From: Candidatus Brockarchaeota archaeon
GTDB taxonomy: Archaea; Thermoproteota; EX4484-205; JAAOZP01
Length of the DNA stretch: 64,000 bases
Reading direction: 5' to 3'
Assembly (NCBI GenBank): GCA_017601245.1
Contig: JAFNJB010000055.1
Span: 56,455 to 120,454, forward strand
Shown here: one piece after another, positions 58,424-64,000 of the stretch
Numbering within the stretch: the stretch's first letter is position 1
How the letters are laid out: each line of letters starts with the position of its first letter
Made by a program: the position numbers and the translations under genes
The notes under the pieces: model-generated
Told to the model about the DNA's origin: nothing
The model's database searches: none
The model's input: the letters and a program-made list of their open reading frames with translations, nothing else

Positions 58424-59380
58424 TTACTGATATTTTTCTTTCCTCATCCACTCTCCGATTTCTCTTAGCCTTTTTACCTGTTCTGGATCAAGTTCACCAT
58501 TTGGTAAAGGTCCAACGTTTAATAGTAGGTTTGCACCTAATCTATTCACCTTTTTCAAAATCTCTATGAGCTCCAAGCTGGACTTATAGTTCTTGTCATC
58601 CTTATTATAGCCCCAGCTATTGTTAATAGTCATACAGGTTTCTAAAGGAAGATTTGAAACCTTAGCTTTGTTAAAGCCAGAGGTATTCTCCCCTGGGGCA
58701 TCTTGTTCAAATATTTGAAAGTCCTCTCCTGGAAAAGGATCTACATGATGATTATTACCTATTAGGGCTGACGGTTGAAGCGAATGTATCATATCGTAGA
58801 GTTCTCCGAGACGCCAATCAGCATCAGGCTTATCCCACCATCCATCGAACCAGAAACCAGCTATCTCGCCATAGTTTAAGCAGAGTTCTCTCACCTGTCC
58901 AATATAGTATTCAAGATACCTATTCCAATCTCCACCCGGTTCTCTACCCGAGTATTGGCCAGTAATGCCCAGAGGATAGTAATCCGGGTGATGCCAATCG
59001 AGTAATGAGTAATATATGAACACCTTAATACCGTTCTTTCTGGCTACTTCTACGAGTTCCTTCAGAACATCTCTCTTGAAAGGTGTGTTAGTTACTTTAT
59101 AATCAGTGAGCTCAGAGTCATACATGCAAAACCCATCGTGATGCTTACTCGTGAAGGTTATGTATTTCGCACCGGCCTCTTTAAAAATACTAATCCATTT
59201 TTCAGCGTCGAATAGGACAGGGTTGAATTGATCTTTAAGCTTCTCATATTCTTTAATGCTCATTCTATCGTTATGCATAACCCATTCTCCTTTTCCCAAA
59301 ATGGAGTAAATCCCCCAATGGATGAATATGCCGAACTTTGCCTCTCTAAACCACTTTATTGAAACCTCCCTGTTGCTCAT
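58424..59380 (-). CDS. GH29 alpha-L-fucosidase (catalytic domain only, no signal peptide)
   Basis: WFREAKFGIFIHWG, TSKHHDGF, YYSLLDW, WFDG nucleophile, ETCMTINNSWGY, NLLLNVGP. Confidence 0.96.
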   Translation of the reverse strand: MSNREVSIKWFREAKFGIFIHWGIYSILGKGEWVMHNDRMSIKEYEKLKDQFNPVLFDAEKWISIFKEAGAKYITFTSKHHDGFCMYDSELTDYKVTNTPFKRDVLKELVEVARKNGIKVFIYYSLLDWHHPDYYPLGITGQYSGREPGGDWNRYLEYYIGQVRELCLNYGEIAGFWFDGWWDKPDADWRLGELYDMIHSLQPSALIGNNHHVDPFPGEDFQIFEQDAPGENTSGFNKAKVSNLPLETCMTINNSWGYNKDDKNYKSSLELIEILKKVNRLGANLLLNVGPLPNGELDPEQVKRLREIGEWMRKEKYQ

Positions 59381-59489
59381 TGTTAGAAACTAAAACCCGA
59401 TCAGAGATTTATTAATTCAACTTCTTATCTACAGCCATCAAACTGTAAATGTTCTTCTGGAAGAATATTATACATCTTCTTGTTAAAAA

Positions 59490-59705
59490 TCAGCCGACAC
59501 TTGGAAATGCCAATATCTTCTGAATCTCTCTTTCAAGCTCTTTTTCCTTTTGCCAATAAAATTCGTAAGCATCGGGTCCAATAGCCTTCTCTTTTTTCTT
59601 CCTAACCTCCTCTAATTGTGCTTTTAGAGAAGAAAGTAGCTTTTCCTTTAAGTCTTCCGCCTCTTCTTTGGCTTTTTTCTCGTCAAATACTAGTACGGGC
59701 TCCAT
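59490..59705 (-). CDS. Small charged helical-hairpin protein, paralogue of 53031-53333
   Basis: Paralogy block as above; minus-strand TTTATATAT box about 30 nt upstream. Confidence 0.75.
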   Translation of the reverse strand: MEPVLVFDEKKAKEEAEDLKEKLLSSLKAQLEEVRKKKEKAIGPDAYEFYWQKEKELEREIQKILAFPSVG

Positions 59706-59746
59706 CCAGGTCTCGGAGAGGCCTTTGTTTTCCTATATATAAACTT

Positions 59747-59772
59747 TTGTTTTTGAAATGTTTCAAAAACAA
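59747..59772. promoter_or_regulatory. Perfect 12-bp inverted repeat (TTGTTTTTGAAA-TG-TTTCAAAAACAA) in a divergent promoter region
   Basis: Read directly; abuts the BRE/TATA of the 59705 gene and lies about 215 nt upstream of deoC. Confidence 0.55.
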
Positions 59773-59986
59773 TTTGAAAATGTTTTTGGCTAAGAAAAGG
59801 CGTAAAAACGCCATTTTTGACCAATCATTCTTTTTAACATGAAAATGTTAAAAAACAATTTTGTTAAAATATCTCATCCTAGACAGGATTTCTCTTTTTC
59901 TCACTTGGCTGCGAGTTTCCATTTTTGACAAGTTATCCCCATGCTTCCAAATTTTATATTGATTTGCAAGTCTTTTAGTCTAGAAG

Positions 59987-60700
59987 ATGGCGAAGACACT
60001 TCTCCATATTTCTAAAATGATTGACCACTCGCTTTTACACCCCGCCCTTTCAGATGATGATCTTAAAGCAGGATGTATATTGGCAAAGAAGTACGATGTT
60101 GCAGCAGTATGCATTAAACCGTATGCTGTTAAGCTTGCTAAAGAAATACTTTCCGGAACGAGTGTAGCAGTGTGTACAGTTGTGGGTTTTCCTCATGGGA
60201 GTAGTACTACGGAGATGAAAGTAGAAGAAACCCGAAGAGCCTGTGAAGAGGGTGCAACTGAGATAGACTTCGTTGTAAACATTGGGAAAGTCCTCAGTAG
60301 AGACTGGGATTATGTATCTAGAGAGATAAAGATGATTAACGATACTGCAATCGAAAAGGGTGCTATAGTCAAGGTTATATTTGAAAACGGCTATTTGACT
60401 GATGAACTTAAGATAAAGCTTTGCCACATATGCAATCAACATCGAGTAGCTTTTGTTAAAACATCAACTGGATACTGCTTTGTAAGACAACCCGATGGTA
60501 CCTACGTATACAAGGGCGCTGTTGAAGAAGACGTTATTCTAATGCGTAGAGAATGCATTCCCGAAATTCAGGTAAAAGCAGCGGGCGGTATTAGAACTCT
60601 TGATGACCTGCTTAGGTTTAAAGCCCTAGGGGCGACTAGAATAGGGACTTCAGCAACAGAGACCATAATTGAAGAGGCTAAGAGACGCGGCTATAGGTAG
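59987..60700 (+). CDS. deoC: Deoxyribose-phosphate aldolase
   Basis: IDHSLL, TVVGFPHG, EIDFV, KVIFE, FVKTSTG, VKAAGGIR, RIGTS. Confidence 0.95.
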   Translation: MAKTLLHISKMIDHSLLHPALSDDDLKAGCILAKKYDVAAVCIKPYAVKLAKEILSGTSVAVCTVVGFPHGSSTTEMKVEETRRACEEGATEIDFVVNIGKVLSRDWDYVSREIKMINDTAIEKGAIVKVIFENGYLTDELKIKLCHICNQHRVAFVKTSTGYCFVRQPDGTYVYKGAVEEDVILMRRECIPEIQVKAAGGIRTLDDLLRFKALGATRIGTSATETIIEEAKRRGYR

Positions 60701-60817
60701 CATTAATTTTCTTAAATTGATGATGGAATTATTCTCCCAATATACTTCCCACATATTTCCAATTGTGCTAAGGATTTCTTACGAAGAGTTCTTAAATGTC
60801 TGATTTGTTTTAGAAAC

Positions 60818-61696
60818 ATGCGAAGCATCGGCACAAGTAATTTAGGTTACTTACTTTTAGTTCTCGTCTCGATTCTCTGGGGCACCTCATTTCCATTGAT
60901 CAAGATGGTTACGGCAAGTATTGATGCTAACGAGTATGTAGCATTTAGGTTCATATTAACTGTTTTCATACTTTCACCCTATTTTGTTTATGTTCTCTTA
61001 AAGAAGAGAAACGAGTTTTTCAAAGTTGCTAAACCAGGAGTAATATTGGGATTAATGTATTTCGGTGGAATATTCTTCCAAGGTCTAGGGACGAAATACA
61101 CAACGGCTTCAAACTCAGGGTTTATAACAAGCCTCTACATCCCTATAGTGTACGTCATTGATGTATTAAACCATAGATTGAATTACAGTCACAGGTTTAC
61201 GCTAGCACTTTTTTTATCGATGTTAGGAATATATTTGATCTCCGGCGGATATTATGAATTGAGGATTGGAGATTTAATAGTTTTAATAAGCGCTTTCTTC
61301 TGGGCGTTTCAAATCCTAGCTATTGACAAGTTTTCCAAAGAGGGTTTCTTTTCACTCGATCTAGTATTCTTCCAGTATGCAGTGACTGCTCTCCTTGGAT
61401 CAGTATCTGCTTCCTCTTCTTTAAATCTTTTAAAAATGAGTGAAGTCTTTTTTCCACTTCTTTACCTGGCGGTTGTATGCTCTATTCTCGTAGGTGTTTT
61501 ACAAATAATAGGTCAGAGATACACAACCGCCTCCCAAGCCTCTCTGATATACGTGCTTGAACCAGTATTCGCAGCCCTTTTCTCATTCGTGTTATTAGGC
61601 GAAAGGCTTAATGTCCCTGAGCTGGCTGGTGCTTTCTTAATACTGTGTTCAGTATTAATATCTTCATGGGAGGCCACTAGAGTAAAAACAGATTAG
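60818..61696 (+). CDS. DMT/EamA-family transporter
   Basis: LWGTSF, FRF, YTTASNSGFI, GDL, LEPVFAA, LGE; about 10 TM helices. Confidence 0.93.
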   Translation: MRSIGTSNLGYLLLVLVSILWGTSFPLIKMVTASIDANEYVAFRFILTVFILSPYFVYVLLKKRNEFFKVAKPGVILGLMYFGGIFFQGLGTKYTTASNSGFITSLYIPIVYVIDVLNHRLNYSHRFTLALFLSMLGIYLISGGYYELRIGDLIVLISAFFWAFQILAIDKFSKEGFFSLDLVFFQYAVTALLGSVSASSSLNLLKMSEVFFPLLYLAVVCSILVGVLQIIGQRYTTASQASLIYVLEPVFAALFSFVLLGERLNVPELAGAFLILCSVLISSWEATRVKTD

Positions 61697-61747
61697 TTGA
61701 AAAATTCTTAAGGCTGTAATATCGAAAAATCATTTCTAGAATGTGGC

Positions 61748-62479
61748 TCAATATAGATTTAATATGGAGAATGCTTCCGGCATTAATATATAGAAGATCA
61801 TTAAGATTAAAAAAGAGGATATTGGGACAGTTATATTATCATCGATAGGTCCAAATTCAAAATGTTCTATAATACTGCTAACTAGACCCGCAATCACTCC
61901 TGGTAGTGCAAGCTTTAGCCCTATTACAACGTTAACTATGGCCATAGCAAGATTCCCCCACCATGATTTAGTCCTCCTCTTGAACATAATGTTTCTAACT
62001 AGACCCGTTGCGGCGTCTCCAAGCGCCATGAAGAGTATTGGTATTACACCAAACCAAAAGTTTCCATTGGTTAACACCCATCCGGCAGTGAGTATTAGTC
62101 CCCAGCTTAGGCAGAAATGTACTTCATAAGCATTATCCCTGGTTTGAAACCAATACATCGGCTTATTTATTAAATGAGGTATGAGGGTAAAAACACCCAG
62201 TATCATCGAGAGGGAAAGCGGGTACAAGGGTGTGCTGAATAAAAAGGGCACAAGATACCCTATTATTCCTCCTGCGAGAATGTGAATCATCTTCCTGTTG
62301 TAATACACGGCAACGTTATCAGGAACCTTCTTAATCATAGCCTTGTAAAAGAAATACGTTAATACACCTACGACGAATAATACCCATAGGAATAATGCTC
62401 CTGCATAAGTCGCTTCAATCACAAGAGTTTCAAACATTGTCTTAGAAACCTTTAGACAATTATAAAAACTGTTCTCCAT
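61748..62479 (-). CDS. Dolichol/phytol kinase-like CTP-dependent polyprenol kinase
   Basis: RKMIH, GDAATG, KSWWG, DDNITVP. The true start may be ATG 62437. Confidence 0.85.
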   Translation of the reverse strand: MENSFYNCLKVSKTMFETLVIEATYAGALFLWVLFVVGVLTYFFYKAMIKKVPDNVAVYYNRKMIHILAGGIIGYLVPFLFSTPLYPLSLSMILGVFTLIPHLINKPMYWFQTRDNAYEVHFCLSWGLILTAGWVLTNGNFWFGVIPILFMALGDAATGLVRNIMFKRRTKSWWGNLAMAIVNVVIGLKLALPGVIAGLVSSIIEHFEFGPIDDNITVPISSFLILMIFYILMPEAFSILNLY

Positions 62480-62529
62480 CTATCCTTCTATTTACAATTT
62501 TAAAAACCTGCTTTTCAGCTAATTTTAAC

Positions 62530-62982
62530 CTACAAGGGCAGGCTAAAATCCTCTTTAACAATCGTTAATACGAAATGAGTATTGGCCCTTTCAACATTCG
62601 GTATCGATAATACTTTTTTAGTGAACTTGCTTAATTCAGAAGGGTTTCTGAATCTTCCTATCACTATAGCGTCAACATCTCCCGTGACATCGTAGACTGC
62701 ACAGACTCCAGGTAATTCAGCTAGTTTCTGTTCTACTTCAACAAGCTTACCCTTGGATACTGTTACTTCAGTTATGCTAGTTACAGTATACCCGAGCTTT
62801 TGATAATCAACGCTCACCGTATATTTCTTTATTATTCCCTTCTCCTCCATCTTTCTTATTCTAGACAATACTGTCCCGGGAGCAACGCCAAGCTTCTTAG
62901 CAATCCTCCTATAGGTAACCCTGGAATCCTCCATGAATTCCCTTAATATTTTCAAATCGAGTTCATCTATAACTGATTCCAT
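62530..62982 (-). CDS. Lrp/AsnC-family transcriptional regulator
   Basis: IDELDLKIL...IAKKLGV...RIRKMEEKGII, YDVTGDVD. Confidence 0.95.
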   Translation of the reverse strand: MESVIDELDLKILREFMEDSRVTYRRIAKKLGVAPGTVLSRIRKMEEKGIIKKYTVSVDYQKLGYTVTSITEVTVSKGKLVEVEQKLAELPGVCAVYDVTGDVDAIVIGRFRNPSELSKFTKKVLSIPNVERANTHFVLTIVKEDFSLPL

Positions 62983-63024
62983 CCCAAACCTATTCTAGGT
63001 TTTCTCCATAGTTATAAAGGTTTT

Positions 63025-63999
63025 TCAAAAGTTTTCCAAGACCTTATCAATGAAGCTTTGCAGAAAATCTTCATAATCTCTTAAATCGCTCTCGTTAGGA
63101 TAGTTCACATATTCTCTTACTGGAGACAGAACATCGTAACCCGCGTCTTTCAACAGTATAGGAATCTTATTTGCGGCAGCACCTCCCCATAGCTTAGTAA
63201 CCACTACTGCAGAGATCTTCCCTTCCCCAAGCTTCTTTATCCTCATGAGTTCAATAAGATTGGTTATTGGAGGGAATATGTTTCCTTCGTAAATTGGGGT
63301 TATGAAAAGAACTCCCGCAGAGTCAAGTACATCGCTTAACACATGGTTTAAATCATTACCTACAGCATTATGCATAACGACTTCAACCTTTCTGCTAATA
63401 ATGTTCTTCGCGAATTCTGCGAGTTTTTCAGTAAGGCCATACATCGTTCCATATATTATTGTTATCTTCCTTTTCTTTTCCATATTACACCAAGAAAGCA
63501 ACTCTTTCATGAACTCTTTTATTCTGCTTCTCAATACAGCACCATGAGATGGTGCTATTATTTCAGGATTAATTCCTAGCCTACTAACCTTATCGAGTGC
63601 TCTTAGTACCATTTGTCTATAGGTGACTACAACTGTAGCAAAGTATTCCTTAGCTTCATGCATGTATTTTACAAAATCGATCTCATCATCGAACACAGGT
63701 TTTTCTAAGGCGCCGAATGCTCCAAAGGCATCGGAACTGAACAAAATTTTTTCATCTTCCAAATAGAGAAACATGGTGTCCGGCCAATGTATCCACGGTA
63801 ACTCAATAACCCTAAGAATCCTATTACCAATAGTTATCTCATCCCCGTCTTTAACAACATTCGTCTCAAGATTAAACATGCTCCTCATAAAAAATGAGGC
63901 TCGTGAAGTAGAATACACAATTGGATTACCGATCCTGCTTAATATGCCGCTTATTAAACCACTATGGTCAGGCTCCGTGTGTAAAACAGCTATTTTCCT
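63025..63999 (-). CDS. fprA: Flavodiiron protein (FprA/NorV type); 5' end lies beyond the window
   Basis: The frame continues upstream of the ORF-track start with LHTEPDHSG; also HWPDTM, FSSDAFG, APSHG and flavodoxin YGTMYGLT. Confidence 0.92.
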   Translation of the reverse strand, partial: RKIAVLHTEPDHSGLISGILSRIGNPIVYSTSRASFFMRSMFNLETNVVKDGDEITIGNRILRVIELPWIHWPDTMFLYLEDEKILFSSDAFGAFGALEKPVFDDEIDFVKYMHEAKEYFATVVVTYRQMVLRALDKVSRLGINPEIIAPSHGAVLRSRIKEFMKELLSWCNMEKKRKITIIYGTMYGLTEKLAEFAKNIISRKVEVVMHNAVGNDLNHVLSDVLDSAGVLFITPIYEGNIFPPITNLIELMRIKKLGEGKISAVVVTKLWGGAAANKIPILLKDAGYDVLSPVREYVNYPNESDLRDYEDFLQSFIDKVLENF

Positions 64000-64000
64000 T

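Noticed and set aside
1-64000. tRNA/rRNA genes, CRISPR arrays, transposases, integrases, inteins
   Set aside because: I recognised none by eye: no T-loop GTTCRAATC cloverleaf, no regularly spaced repeats, and NrdD and the visible part of Lhr show no large insertions. A tRNAscan-SE/Infernal run would be needed to exclude them formally.

Overview
AT-rich chromosomal segment of an archaeon, most likely a thermophilic, anaerobic TACK/Thermoproteota lineage. This is inferred from TATA/BRE promoters, probable leaderless starts, a GPN GTPase, a TackOD1 protein, a presenilin homologue, an aKMT-type methyltransferase, CofE, a class III RNR and a flavodiiron protein; exact taxonomy cannot be read from the sequence. 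About 60 densely packed CDSs cover DNA repair (lhr, ogg, nth, a herA-nurA-DHH trio), NAD and cofactor metabolism (nadE, Nudix, nnr, CinA-N, cofE/RimK), tldD/pmbA, purB, htpX, nrdD, a 5-gene Opp/Dpp-type ABC importer and a deoxy-sugar catabolic cluster (GH29 fucosidase, XylA/RhaI-fold isomerase, FGGY kinase, class II aldolase, deoC). I saw no rRNA, tRNA, CRISPR array or transposase. The most notable items absent from the ORF track are: (1) a 49-aa linker-histone-H1-like Ala/Pro/Lys peptide gene with its own TATA box (5498-5647); (2) a 17-bp palindrome present twice, each time just downstream of the TATA box of a putative cobalamin ECF uptake gene, next to an orphan winged-helix protein; (3) a 39-aa Arg-rich small ORF; (4) two frameshifted genes (surE and a secreted protein). 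Two paralogous small helical-hairpin genes also bracket the sugar cluster. All family assignments come from motif recognition by eye, not database searches.
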